Shown piece by piece: positions 10,401 to 22,001 of a stretch of DNA of 64,000 nucleotides (the stretch's first letter is position 1; each line of letters starts with the position of its first letter). The stretch is from Laetmonice hystrix. Lineage: Eukaryota. The DNA is taken from positions 27,282,001 through 27,346,000 of the forward strand of contig OZ249436.1 in NCBI GenBank assembly GCA_965235115.1, given 5' to 3'. The notes under the pieces were generated by a model that was not told where the DNA came from, did not search any database, and saw only the letters and a program-made list of their open reading frames with translations. The translations under genes and the position numbers were made by a program.

Positions 10401-12197
10401 GAATCCAGGGGGGGGGGGGTTCAACTTGAAAAGTAGATAAAAAAAGATTGAGAGGAAAGAGGGGTCCTTTGGTGTCACTATCAGACAGGAAACTATTACA
10501 AAAAAAAGAGAGAGAAAAACTAGAAGTACCGGTAGTCGCAGGGAATTGTGATTGAAGGGGTGAGGGGTTTCAAGGCTTTAATAAATTTCAGTGCTCCCTA
10601 AATACGTCGGACCGAGGGTCGTCGACATTGATGTTTTTCACGGTTACGTCGGCCATTTTGTCCGGCATACACTCACTGCCTGTGTGGTGAAATTCTGAAT
10701 ATCGCTGGGTCATGATTTTGAGACCACGTTTGATGTGCCTTGTCTAAAACTTTGCATAATTAATCAGTACATGTGTATACATGTAACTGGTAAAAATATG
10801 TAAATGGTAACTAGTTAAAGAAATTGTCATTGATGTGATGGTTGACTGTGATGTCTGACATTGACCAAAAAGGTCTTAGATTCAGTTGCTCAATGTCAGA
10901 CAAAATGTCTGGCGTCTTTCAAAACTTTTCGGGAACTGTTTCGAGTATAAACATTTTGACCTCTCAGATGAACGTTGGGGAGGATGGGTGCATTGATTTA
11001 AGCATGGATACCGTAAGTTTGATATAATGCCAGTGTATGATAAAGAGAACAAGTGTGCCTTTTCCCCCCCGCCTTCGCTAGACATGAGGGTAGGACATGG
11101 TACACGCCCCACCGAGGTCGGCTATATATCGCTGCCACAGTCAAACAACCCACGCCCCAGGAGGTAGCAGCCTTAGAACAGCAGTATTGTATTCAACATA
11201 ATGGTAGGTCAGACAGCGTTCAGGCATTCGCTAATTCAATGTAACATACAAATGTCTGTAATGGTAACTGTGTTACCCAGTTTCTGACCAATAGAAAGCT
11301 ATGTCATGTACGTAGAACATGCCTTTACCCATGTTTCAGATATCCCAGAAAAGTGAGGAATATATTAAAATTTGTGAAAAAATGCATTTATCTCAGAGTT
11401 CATGGAAAGTGTATTGTTAACCAACTTATTTTATTCATTTATTTTTCAGTCTAGTACATGTAAGTTTAGAATTTGAAACAATGAAGAATTTTTACATTAA
11501 ATCCCATGTTAAGCATTTATTCAGATAGGAAGAGTCTCCTAACATTTTACTGTAACAACAGTAAGCTTTGTTATTGTTGCAGATGTAAATCTAGATTTCC
11601 CAGACGACTACCCCGTTAGTTGTTTACTTGGTGCCGTAGATGTAGTAGACTGCTTGTTTGAAGAGGAGTACAAAGTGAAGGTATATAACACAACTGTTTA
11701 ATTGCATCTGCAAATATTAAAAATATTAGTAAGTCATTTTGCAATTTTAATTTCCTCGCACCTCCACAATTTCAAAAGCTCAGTAAAGAGACATCCGTTA
11801 AAGACTCATGTAGCATAGTGAAATAGAAAATTGGAAATATCTAACTAAGAGGAATTGTTGAAGTTCACCATATTTTCTGTTGTACGAATTTGTTTTACCA
11901 GCCCGTCATGATGGAATAGTGTTTTTGAGAGAGGAAAAAATTATTTACTGAGTGTAATATATTGAATTTATTTGGTCCTTCTGGCATAATGCTAAGGTAA
12001 AATCCTATTTTACACTGTGCTGATGCCGAGTTAAAGAAGAACGTATAATTTTGATGGTCTCATTATCTTGGTCATACATTTGATATGTGATTGTTTCTAG
12101 TTCCCAGATGGTGAATCGTCAAGTCCGTACGTTCTTATCTGTGAGAATCCACAGGAACTACTCATCAAGTTTCCCATCAAGGGCAAGCACAAAATAT
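1378..12197 (+). CDS. TRIP4: Activating signal cointegrator 1 (ASC-1/TRIP4), spliced, 3'-incomplete: join(1378-1457,4663-4816,5907-6086,7986-8076,8525-8643,8890-9092,9402-9741,10164-10348,11082-11203,11583-11680,12101-12197)
   Basis: All introns GT-AG and phases consistent (1669 nt). Translation has TRIP4 hallmarks: C2HC5 finger RHACDCQATKHKLVNNCTKCGRVVCDQEGSGPCLFCG, RTQVIDDESDYF, KVTLDFAGR, and ASCH domain CLSMHQPWAYLLVKGLKRHEGRTWYTPHRGRL...FPDDYPVSCLLGAVDVVDCL...KFPIKGKHKI. Confidence 0.95.
1845..2818. mobile_element. Composite/degraded TIR element(s) in TRIP4 intron 1 (PIF/Harbinger-like ends)
   Basis: ggcagttccgagaattccgtagttgcgagaaa (1845) is inverted at ~2606-2642 and partly at ~2804-2817; internal direct duplication ~2315-2375 / ~2540-2607; no clear TSD. 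Confidence 0.5.
3146..4031. mobile_element. hAT-like non-autonomous element with 6-bp TSD, containing a nested GC-rich MITE remnant
   Basis: TIR CAGGGGTTGAATTAC / GTAATTCGACCCCTG; GGCCCT on both flanks; subterminal tgccgtg/gtgccc motifs; nested end ccctggctacgggcctg at ~3710-3727. Confidence 0.75.
4663..4816 (+). CDS. TRIP4: TRIP4 coding exon 2 (YILAIDDREELEEYLSGLL...FIKELLGKW...NLQ)
   Basis: Acceptor ttttgcag, donor CAG|GTAT; resembles the TRIP4 N-terminal helical region. Confidence 0.9.
5159..5450 (+). mobile_element. Truncated MITE with repeated ggaaaagtcatggaa subterminal motifs
   Basis: Begins cagagttcccacgg and carries several copies of aaaagtcat(g/a)ga; no matching right end found. 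Confidence 0.45.
5907..6086 (+). CDS. TRIP4: TRIP4 coding exon 3 (AYRKQDEDLEYVSSSSKSKKKGKKG...EENIS)
   Basis: Acceptor tgttag, donor TCG|GTATGT; 180 nt, phase 0-0; basic linker. Confidence 0.8.
6182..7603. mobile_element. Tc1/mariner-type non-autonomous element with ~260-bp TIRs, TA TSD (TRIP4 intron 3)
   Basis: TA|TCGGGTGTCCCAGAAAAAGTGAACC ... GGTTCACTTTTTCTGGGACACCCGA|TA; arms ~6182-6450 and ~7335-7603; internal direct duplication ~6238-6376 / ~6457-6596. Confidence 0.88.
6707..7264. mobile_element. Kolobok-type non-autonomous element (TTAA TSD) nested in the Tc1/mariner element
   Basis: Perfect 18-bp TIR AGGGAAATGTGAGTGTTC; TTAA at 6703-6706 and 7265-7268; purine termini fit Kolobok rather than piggyBac (CCC). 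Confidence 0.8.
7986..8076 (+). CDS. TRIP4: TRIP4 coding exon 4 (LSGQSSMKGKNKFVPLFGASGKLAVGAKLP-G)
   Basis: Acceptor cctttcacag, donor CAG|GTTTGT; KFV..L...LPG motif before the zinc finger; phases fit both neighbours. Confidence 0.85.
8263..8471. mobile_element. MITE (~210 bp, PIF/Harbinger-like) in TRIP4 intron 4
   Basis: Imperfect TIRs cagggg...ttgcataaaaaaatccccgcccg / cgggtggggattttttatgcaacgcacccctg; second copy at window start. Confidence 0.7.
8525..8643 (+). CDS. TRIP4: TRIP4 coding exon 5 (C2HC5 zinc finger)
   Basis: RHACDCQATKHKLVNNCTKCGRVVCDQEGSGPCLFCGSL; acceptor tttcccatag, donor |GTAAGT. Confidence 0.95.
8890..9092 (+). CDS. TRIP4: TRIP4 coding exon 6 (VCTMEELDVL...GLDKAVEHKNRLIHYDKT-S)
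   Basis: Acceptor cttctatag, donor AG|GTAGGT; conserved KA..HK.RL..YD motif. Confidence 0.93.
9402..9741 (+). CDS. TRIP4: TRIP4 coding exon 7 (VKRTQVIDDESDYF...KVTLDFAGR...LVNPNIVQEAPK)
   Basis: Acceptor ttttttcag, donor AAG|GTTGGT; highly conserved TRIP4 motifs. Confidence 0.95.
9945..10030 (+). mobile_element. tRNA-derived SINE head (degenerate)
   Basis: A-box-like TAGCCTAGTGG 9948-9958 and B-box GGTTCGATTCC 10014-10024; no complete cloverleaf. Confidence 0.45.
10164..10348 (+). CDS. TRIP4: TRIP4 coding exon 8 (...LRIQDRELKEMSDQGMCLSMHQPWAYLLVKGLK-R; start of ASCH)
   Basis: Acceptor ggatcag, donor AAG|GTGAGT. Confidence 0.92.
11082..11203 (+). CDS. TRIP4: TRIP4 coding exon 9 (HEGRTWYTPHRGRLYIAAT...)
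   Basis: Acceptor ccttcgctag, donor ATG|GTAGGT; completes the ASCH GxKxxExR motif. Confidence 0.95.
11583..11680 (+). CDS. TRIP4: TRIP4 coding exon 10 (VNLDFPDDYPVSCLLGAVDVVDCLFEEEYKVK)
   Basis: Acceptor ttgttgcag, donor AAG|GTATAT. Confidence 0.93.
12101..12197 (+). CDS. TRIP4: TRIP4 coding exon 11 (FPDGESSSPYVLICENPQELLIKFPIKGKHKI)
   Basis: Acceptor ttgtttctag, donor T|GTAAGT; ends in phase 1, so a further exon is expected. Confidence 0.93.
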
Positions 12198-13954
12198 GTA
12201 AGTTCATCCACTACATTTGTATTTACTCCTTTTTGATTCATTGTGACATCCATTCATTTCAGCCAGAACCTTTTGGTAAGAAGCAGCAGTAGCATAGCAA
12301 GGAAAATATTGTATTTCAGTGATCTTAAATAGATATTGCCGATTTGGATTTATAACATTTTGAAAAAGGATATGGAAAAGTTGAAGGTACTAATACAGAG
12401 GGAAGAGCCGTTGGTATGTGGTGCTACCTGGTGTTTTGATTCAGAACACAAAGCCAGAGTAGTTAAGTTTAATTCCACCAGATGGCACGCTTGTTTACAA
12501 CGCGCCTCCTGGTGGGGAGGCTCGTCACTAGAAACCGTTCATGTACACGCTATGATTCACGAGCCTTCCTGTGGACAGGCGTCGTGACATATTGATAGGT
12601 TAGGCCCGCTGAGACAAAGCAATATTTATATAAAATATAATTTCTTTGTTAAGACCTATTATAGGATCAGTGTAGATGTTTGAAATCTTTATAGTTTTTA
12701 TTAGCAGAAAGAATATAGAGGAATTGTCTACAAATATTAAATAAACCTTGGACTACCAGAAGAAACCTTCAATGAATATATGTTGGAGTCTCAGAGGCGG
12801 CTGAGAGGTGTGTAATAACGAACAGAAACTGGTTTTAATAGGTTTAATTGTCTTTGGTAGAGCTTGATTCTATTCTAATTAAAGCGTTGATATTTTTGTC
12901 AAGATTAATTGATCAGCTTTCCTATGAATTTCAGTGAAGGCAGTAGTAAAGTTAAACAAGGATTGACAAAAACGAAGGTTTAAAAATGTCGCTATGATGT
13001 CGCTAGGTATGACTAACTGCAGTTACTGGTGGTAACTCGGTAAGTGTGTGTGACGTGACGACGTGTTAGAAAAAGGTAATTGGAGTAATGTACCTATTTT
13101 TTGTAAAGCGATGGTGGTATAGCACAAGACATTTTTACGTAGGGGGGGGGGGGGGTGGATTGACTAGATGCTGTGGGTTTTGTGACAGATACTGGAATGG
13201 AATGCTATGGAGTATGGTGGACCAACTGTGCTAACAACATTGTCAGTAATGTTTTGAGCGACATGTTGTTTCTCTGCATGTAAACTGTATGGTAGCATGT
13301 AATGTCATGGACAGACAGCTGAACTTCACACACATCAAACACACATCCCAAATGTTCTATCTCAACCTTCAGTTTAGGAGGAATGTTATTTTAAGCACCA
13401 CAGTTTTTGTTTACTGAAAACCTTTTCTTCCCGTCTCGCATTCAAGAGATTTTGAAAGCTGGGTTAGGATGCAGTGGCAGAAAAACACTTGATAGTTGGG
13501 GGGAAACACAGACAGATTATCTATTCGACTTACTCCCTTCGGTACAACACAGCTGTTTTAGCAACCTTCCACCCAAAAAATGGGGGGGGGGGGATAACTG
13601 ATTAAGGTACGGGTTGAATTGAGTCAGAAGGACTACCAGGTTACCAGCACTCAGTACAGCAGGCAGGGCGTTTTTACAATTTTATTTGAAGTCCTGAATT
13701 GACAAATCAGATTTGAGTAGGAGTGTACTGCCTATCGAGCGTACAGCGAGTGGTATTATGGTCAGGAATCTGGCGTGACCTCGTGACACGACTTGTAATT
13801 TGAACGTTTGTAAACGTACGGTTAGTTAATTGAGAACACCGGTTTGTGGCCGTGTTAGACAGCCCCGAGGTGTAAACCAATATTCACATTACCGATTACC
13901 GGCTAGCTGTCGAGGTTGTCTGGCTGAGAGGAGTGGGGCCTGTCGCCGTCATGT

Positions 13955-15802
13955 CGGACACTGACACAGTCGGAGCATGTCATTCCGACCCACCACACCA
14001 CCACGGGCCCATGAGGCAGAGTCTGCACTCTGCCCTCACCACTGGCCGGACACTGACACAGTCGGAGCATGTCATTCCGACCCACCACACCACCATCGGC
14101 CCAGGAGTCTGCACTCTGCCCTCACCACTGGCCGGACACTGACACAGTCGGAGCATGTCATTCCGACCCACCACACCACCACGGGCCCAGGAGTCTGCAC
14201 TCTGCCCTCACCACTGGCCGGACACTGACACAGTCGGAGCATGTCATTCCGACCCACCACACCACCACGGGCCCAGGAGTCTGCACTTTGCCCTCACCAC
14301 TGGCCACACACCACCACGGGCCCAGGAGTCTGCACTCTGCCCTCACCACTGGCCGGACACTGACACAGTCGGAGCATGTCATTCCGACCCACCACACCAC
14401 CATCGGCCCAGGAGGCAGAGTCTGCACTCTGCCCTCACCACTGGCCGGACACTGACACAGTCGGAGCATGTCATTCCGACCCACCACACCACCATCGGCC
14501 CAGGAGGCAGAGTCTGCACTCTGCCCTCACCACTGGCCGGACACTGACACAGTCGGAGCATCAATCTCTCCCAGGGTTCACCGCGCCGGGGACGATGGCG
14601 CGGATTTCACCTCTGTTGACATCTAACCGGGACTATCTTTTTAGACAATAACCAGGGCAACAACGAGCACGTGTAGCCCGTTGTCAATGTCAGCGACGTC
14701 AGGAACAATTCACAATAGCGCTACGTCACAATGGGTCACAATGGAATGTGATCATAACGGGCCCTAAATAAAATGGCGGACGGTGCTTCGCTTCGGCAGT
14801 TCAAATGCCCCTAACTCCTAAAATACACAAGGACGGACGTCGAAACGTGACATAAGGGGATAAAATATTGAACCAAACAATGTCACAGACTTAGAATTGT
14901 TTAGGAAGGTCCCTCCTTTCTTATTTCAAGCACTGTTATCGCCGAAGATCGGCAAAGTTTGTGACGTTACAATTTCGTACCCTCGTAATCTTGACAACCG
15001 GCGAATGTATATTTACACGACTTGTTCACTGGCCTTATTACACACCCCAGTAATACCCGTCCGAAGATAGAGTTCCTCAGTTATCAGTCAAAATTCCATG
15101 CAAAGAGTCCATGACATGACATGTGTGTCATTGCTCTGTAAAGTCGGGGACAAACAGAAAAATGACTGATACTAATTTCTAGACGATATTGGTAGGAACA
15201 TCAAATGTTCAAATTTTGTGCATTTTGTTTAGATGTCCACAGAGGTGAAATCCGCCCGCGCGGTGAACCCTGGGAGAGAATGTCGGAGCATGTCATTCCG
15301 ACCCACCACACCACCATCGGCCCAGGAGGCAGAGTCTGCACTCTGCCCTCACCACTGGTCGGACACTGACACAGTCGGAGCATGTCATTCCGACCCACCA
15401 CACCACCACGGGCCCAGGAGTCTGCACTCTGCCCTCACCACTGGCCGGACACTGACACAGTCGGAGCATGTCATTCCGACCCACCACACCACCACGGGCC
15501 CAGGAGGCAGAGTCTGCACTCTGCCCTCACCACTGGCCGGACACTGACACAGTCGGAGCATGTCATTCCGACCCACCACACCACCACGGGCCCAGGAGTC
15601 TGCACTCTGCCCTCACCACTGGCCGGACACTGACACAGTCGGAGCATGTCATTCCGACCCACCACACCACCACGGGCCCAGGAGTCTGCACTCTGCCCTC
15701 ACCACTGGCCGGACACTGACACAGTCGGAGCATGTCATTCCGACCCACCACACCACCACGGGCCCAGGAGGCAGAGTCTGCACTCTGCCCTCACCACTGG
15801 CC
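13955..15802. repeat. Minisatellite, 86/92-bp units (~13 copies), split by an insertion at 14562-15282
   Basis: Unit ggacactgacacagtcggagcatgtcattccgacccaccacaccaccacgggcccaggag(gcagag)tctgcactctgccctcaccactggcc. Confidence 0.95.
14562..15282. mobile_element. Non-autonomous MULE-like element, 9-bp TSD
   Basis: TIR CA(A/T)TCTCTCCCAGGGTTCACCGCGC...GCGGATTTCACCTCTGT.GACATCTAA; TSD TCGGAGCAT at 14553-14561 and 15283-15291. Confidence 0.88.
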
Positions 15803-16036
15803 ACATCGCCAATTGTTTGCTCGCTATTGGATAAACGCTCCGTAATCGGTGCCCATTTATTTACCCCCCCCCCCCCCCCCCACCAACCACCTCCCCCCTC
15901 CTGCTCCAGATTTACAGCTCCAAATAAGCGGTGTCCGTGGTATACAGTAGGAGTAGTAGCAACAATCGGAGATTATTGATTGACACCCCCCCCCCCTCCC
16001 ACAGGTTTGTCTGTCAATGGCAGACCAACTGCAGTG

Positions 16037-16195
16037 CAGGCACGTACCCAGGGGGGGGTTCCAGGGGTTCCGGACCCCCCCCCCCCCGACCCCCTCCGGT
16101 CCCCAGGTCGACTGGTGCAAAAACACAGGTAGCCCCCGGCAGCCCTCTCGTCCTGATGGAACCCCCCTCTAAGCACAATCCTGGGTACGTGCCTG
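16037..16195. mobile_element. Short GC-rich MITE
   Basis: Perfect TIR CAGGCACGTACCCAGG / CCTGGGTACGTGCCTG; related ends at ~3710-3727 and ~28002; TSD unclear. Confidence 0.7.
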
Positions 16196-16982
16196 AACTG
16201 TGGCCGCCAAATTATGGCCTGTGTTGGCCACCGAAATCATTTCACGTGTCGGAGGCACAAACAGCCGTCTTATTACTGCTCATTTCCAGAAAGTCTTATG
16301 ACTGCTCATTTCCAGAAAGTCTTCCCAGTTAAATGCTAGATCCACAATGGGGGGGGGGGGGGGGGGGGGGGAGAGAATTCCACTGGCCTAGCAGTCTTCA
16401 GCTGTGTTATTTGAATGGAGACGATGACATGGAGCTAGAAATTGATTCAACTCGAAACGTAATGTATACGGTAAACAGTATGAAGGTGCTGTGTGGGAGT
16501 GAGCGCTCTCAGATCCGCCTGCGATATTTCCGGCTTCCATGTTAGTCAGTGCCTATGTCATAGAGATAATTGTAAAGTTGCGTGACGTGAAACGAAGCTG
16601 GTGCATTACCAGTGATTCACATAGGAAGCCCGCAGTATGATTATAGGCACGATTCCTGATGGAATTCTGTGACTAGAGTTTTCTGCACTCCCCTCTCACC
16701 ACGTACATACTTTGATAGCGTCAATTTATACAGAGACAGAGACACCTCTCTCCCTACTCGCGTGGATTTGTGATACGGGGGTGGGGGAGTTGCAGGGAAC
16801 CATTTTGGGCAATAAAGTCAGATTGTATTTGTGTGGTTGTGGTTATCCGCCCGCTTTTTTTACAGAAGGAACTAGGCACATTGCCATTTGATAACTTTAG
16901 GGGTAGAAATACATGTAAATATACATAAAAGAGTCGTCGCGAAATGTTTAAATAAAGTAAACAAGTAGGTCAGGCCCTAACA

Positions 16983-17192
16983 CAGGGATCACCCTGGGAA
17001 ACGATTTTATCTGCCCTTTGGGCACACCAGTGACAAAAGTATGTGCCCTTGGAAGATATTATGTGCCATTCAGGCCAGGGTCGCTCGCTTCCCAAAATGA
17101 ATAATTTGATATAGAGGCCTAAAATCGAATCATGTGCCATTTCACATTTTAATGTGCCATTGGCGCAGTGGTACGGCCTAAAGTGATCCCTG
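16983..17192. mobile_element. Short hAT-like MITE
   Basis: 10-bp TIR CAGGGATCAC / GTGATCCCTG; repeated atgtgcc motifs; no TSD seen. Confidence 0.45.
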
Positions 17193-20100
17193 GTAACCAT
17201 CTACTATTAGAAGCTGTAGAATTTAATATTGTCTTAGATGTACAGGTGTAAGTATCTGGCTGGAGTGCAATAAGCTGCAGTCATTGAGAAGGGATGAAAT
17301 CAAGGCACTATTCATAGGGAAAAGGACAAATAAATCTGTGTGAGCTCCATTGGTAACAGACAGATGGTAATTGGTTATGCAAGGTTCGATCCTCCATTGA
17401 GGCGTTCGTAGCTACCCACTCTGGACTTCTTTGAACAGACGGCAGAAAATTACCTTCTTCCATTGATACGTTTTACCATTATCTCAAGAGGGTGGACTAA
17501 AAATAGAAGCGAGCAATGTCCGACTGCACTCCTGCGAAATGTCATCAGCCGAGCTATTCCGCTCTTGGCATTACATTTCTGTGAGGTAAATGTTCCGATG
17601 CGATAAGCACTGTATTGATTACACTGCACCTAAAATATCTGCTATCCAAGTCATTGTTCAGATATCAGTAGGCATCAATCAGAATTCTATTTGTCATTTT
17701 AAAAAGGAAAGTCCCCATGATATTGCTTTCAGCCAGTTCAAGTAAGGGTATGGTGACAGCAAAAAAAACCATTTTCAAATGACCCCCCCCCCCCCCATTT
17801 GATCTGTGATAAGAGAAATGGTAGTACAAGGTAAATTCCTATTTTTCTTGATTGCTAACTCGTGTCATTGTTTTCATGACGATTTATGAAGATTTTTTAC
17901 TGGTATTTCAAGCATTGACCTTTCTTAGCAGTATATTTGTGTACATGGTTTACGAGTATGAATGATAGGAAGTACCGTATTTACTTACAAATTAAACTAA
18001 TACGACGGTGTAGGATCAAAACGTCGTTTGTGGATTTTGTAGGTTTCAGGTACATTCAGTTTTCCATGAAAGGATGTGATTTTATTTGAAGTCTGGTTAT
18101 TTGTATTTTTCATTAGCAAATAGCATAATAACACGTTGATGTATTCCTCAATGAAGTATGCTTGTATACAAGATTGCCATACGCCAAACATGAGCTCTTT
18201 TATCTGATTTTGTGCTGACTTAATATCTATTTCGACTTATTATTCTCATGTCACAAACATACGTCTCGGACCTGATAATTGAACTGCTATCAACATGTGA
18301 TACTAAGTGCCTGTCATAATATCGGCGGTGTGGTAATTGTAGACACTCTCTCCCATGTAATACGAAAACAAACACGCCGCGGCTTCTAAGTGTCAGAGGT
18401 GTCGTCTGCCACAGACATTGGCGGGATCCAACAGTACGGCTTCAAAATGACATTGTAACGCCCGACTGTTTCATCTGTCGCTGTAGGCAATTACTGCTCA
18501 GGAAAGGTCAGGTGGTGAGAAATAAGTGAGGCACCGCTGACATTTGTCGATGTATTGCTGCGGGCTTTGTGTTTGCAGTAACAATGGTTCAGAGAGAAGG
18601 GACGGCGGATGACAGTGACAAGGACGCTTCTCCAAATTGTTCTCTCCTTACACTTTACAGTGGCTTTTGGGGGCAATTGAAGTAAGGATTTGAGAACATT
18701 TCCGCATTTAATTACACGACACAGAAGGATGACTGTTTTGCTGTGAATCGGTTTGTTCAGAAATATGACAAAGGTTTACTGTGAAATTGTAACGCTAAGG
18801 ATGATTTAGATAAGTGATTAATGCAGTTATAGTGTACAAAATTGATCCTAGTCGTGTCAATAAGGGTAGACAAAATAGGAGAGGATCTGAAGGGGAAGTC
18901 AGATTGAAATCAGTGGACACTAAAATCAGTTTGGTTGAGACAAAATAGGCTCGAGTATTGTCTTTCGTACTGGCTGAAGTCGTACCAATTTGACACCTAT
19001 TAAATCTAAGGACTGTGCGATCACCTTGCACATCAGAGATGGCCGTGCCAATCACTGCCCAGGGCCGGGTGCTAGGGAATGAGGTAGCAGTGTGTGTGTA
19101 TGAGGGGGGAGGGGGGCAATGGGGGTTATGAGTTCCATATAAACATGGAATGTAGCTCGTTGTGATAGTCTACATGACATTAACACACATGCCGATTGAT
19201 CACATCGTAAGTAGGGATTGTCCGTGGCCGCTCCAGTAGTGTTTTCATCTTGTGTTGTGTGTCATCGTGCCAAGAATTCCGATGAAACACATGCGAACCC
19301 CTGTCTCCGAACGTCATCCTGCCCCTGCCCCCCCCCCCCCACACACACACACACACACCAATGAAGTACTGAGACTATCGCTATAGGGAGATGATGAACA
19401 GCAGCAGCAGCACGAATATGGATTGCCCCAGCACAAAGAGGATCCAATTTCTATACTGCTTACGGAGCATAGCTTTTACCACGAGAATGCAGGATGGATT
19501 TTAACTTGTCAAATAATAACAACAGAGATACACAGTCTTCTAGAAGTAAGCACTTATTGAAAACAAAATTAATACACCGTTTAAATATGACCCTATTTAG
19601 AAATCCAATCGGCACTGCATGACCAGTGTCGCCATTTGCCAAACGTGTACACAGACCCGTCGGGATGTTACTATCTAATTGTCTCAGTATGAAGCACAGT
19701 CATCCGATGCAGGGCCTGTGTCCGTGTCGGCCAATCTATATCCATGTAGGAAATGCACGTGCGCATAGAAATCAAAGTCCTTTCTCGTACACAGTACGAA
19801 TAGAATAAATATCATAATTTAGAAAGATCCTAGCCGGCACCATGAAATGAGGGCGTACAAAATTTGAAGTCTGAAACACCGTTGTAATTAATCTTGGATT
19901 ATATTAGAAAAAAAGGATCATCGCCGCAACATCGAACGTCATACGCTGATAAGCCAACCTCGTTAGTCATAAGCAGATGCTTGGTGGGGATGTTAAGTCG
20001 GGATTAAATAAAATGTGTTATTGGCGTCTTATATCAGTAACATTAAAATTTGTTCTCTTTCCATGGCTTCATTCGTAGTACATTAATCAAAGAACCATGC

Positions 20101-21619
20101 TCAGCATGAAGACACGACCGTCTCGGTGGGAAAATGGCTGACACGCTGATGATGGGCCCAGCTGCTAAGAAAGATCAAGCAATATCGTGTTTTAATCCGC
20201 TGCCAAAGAAAAATTGCACCGTTCCAAATGTTTTTCATGCTGATTTGCATTTTAATTTTAGTGCGCAGTTAGGAGATAGTTTCCATGTGAGGCCTTTCAT
20301 GAGCCACGCCGGAGAAATCAATTACCACCGGTCCTGTTTGATTTCCATCAGGAGAAAGGATGAGGGACCGTGGGAAAGTGGCGGGCACTGTCTCTTCCAG
20401 AGATGACAGACACTTATTTAGTGCCTATCTCCTTGAAGCTTGCGAAGCGTATATTTGAATTTATTTAAAATTGTATACTGGAGAAGTAAAAAGAGGCATT
20501 GATTCCGCCTGAGGGTTGCTTTGAACCTTTTTTAGGTTACACCCCCCCCCCCCCCATCGGTAATATGCTCTGGTTGTAGGAATATCAGACTGGTACACGT
20601 ACATGTGACTATTTTAGTAAAATCCAATGTTTTTCTTGCTGATACTTATTGATTACAGTTCATTCTGGCAAAAAATGACAACTTTATGGTTGGAGTCGAA
20701 CAGAATAGTTGCATTTTTCAAATGGAAAGAAGCAAGAGACATCTAATGAAGCCTATGATATGATTGTGTAGGGAGACTTATTTGAGCGTTGAGCCGACTC
20801 GACATATAAAGGCTGTCTCGGTTACAGCTCATAACACAGCACATAACACGTCGACCGTGTTCACAGATAGGTGAATATATCTTTATAAAATACTGCTGGC
20901 AAAAAGAAATAGGTTTCTCAGCTGACGGTCCGGTCGGCGTCTTCTCTTTCAGATTTGATATGTTACTTTTGATTTCGAAGTCGTTTTTTCATAGTTATCG
21001 AAAGATCTGCATATATTTTTATAACCTCAAATTTCATGTGAGTTAATTGCTGCCTTTGAGTACAATACAATGTGAGAGGTTTGAATTTTATTACTTTCAG
21101 ATCTCAGTCTTTACTTCACGGTGCTAGATCTAAACAGATCGAGGCCACTGATGTGGCAGCTCACCTATCTCAAGGCTGTCAGTGGACGCGATTTTATTGT
21201 CAAAAATGGAATGCAAAGGGCCCTTTCTCAGAGAACAGCGGCGTTTTTTTAAAAACCTTTTTATTGTCGGTACACCTGTACGGTTTTAGAGAGGTTAACG
21301 TCAATACAAAGACAGCCAAAGTAATTAAATCACGTCCGTCTAAACGTCGGTTTCCAAGGCGCACCCTACCGGCAAACAGCTGCGGCTAAAAACAGCGCAG
21401 GTCAATGAAAACAACAGGAAGGAGGTGTTGACGTGAGAAACGTCTTTGGATTTGTCCCCTGAGGAGTGGGTCCCTGCAAAAACACAGCCAGCCCGGGTGG
21501 CGCAATACAATCCCCGCTAGGACCCACCGTGAAGGTGATCAGCCTCAACCTACTTCCTCCACTCACTGGCCAGAAGTATTTTAATACTTCCATTGAAGTC
21601 CATTGCTCACTAGGCGAGT

Positions 21620-21960
21620 ATTTTAAACGCTTGCGAGTAAACTCGTCAGTGATGCGAGTCCTTGAGAGCTGCTAGCACTCACCCAGTGTGTGAGGACGCG
21701 CTCGGAATGACAAGCTTGCGATCGGGGACTTGCAGGTGATTGCCAAGTTTTCAACATGTTCAAAATTCCTGCAAGTACCGCGATCACTCGCAAGGTCGAT
21801 TGCGAAGTGTGAGAGAACATTTGAGGTGCTCGCAAGCCGTGCGAGTCACTGCGGACGTTGTCGAGTTGCTCAAAAGTTCTTGAGAGTCGTTGACCTTTCA
21901 GTCTCGAATCTCTGAAATCGTACTGGATACTCGCGACCGATCGCATAATGTGAGACCAAT
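21620..21960. mobile_element. Degraded MITE remnant rich in tgcgag/tcgca motifs
   Basis: Dense tgcgag/ctcgca/gcgatc motifs ending gatcgcataatgtgagacc; other end not found. Confidence 0.35.
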
Positions 21961-22001
21961 TTATCGTAGATCACGGGAACTTGCAAAATGCTGAACATCA
22001 T

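Noticed and set aside
12263..12275. 13-nt micro-exon candidate (tttcag|CCAGAACCTTTTG|gtaaga)
   Set aside because: Encodes nothing resembling the TRIP4 C-terminus; unsupported without RNA-seq.
13903..15979. Many overlapping ORFs in the 86/92-bp array
   Set aside because: Artefacts of a tandem repeat whose unit length is not a multiple of 3.
17340..17400. tRNA gene (A-box/B-box-like agctccattggta ... ggttcgatcc)
   Set aside because: No cloverleaf; at most a decayed SINE head. The same applies to 9945-10030.
20129..20180. GG AAA ATG ... GCT GCT AAG AAA as the missing TRIP4 last exon (WKMADTLMMGPAAKK)
   Set aside because: Preceded by TG, not an AG acceptor; spacing and the expected His do not fit.
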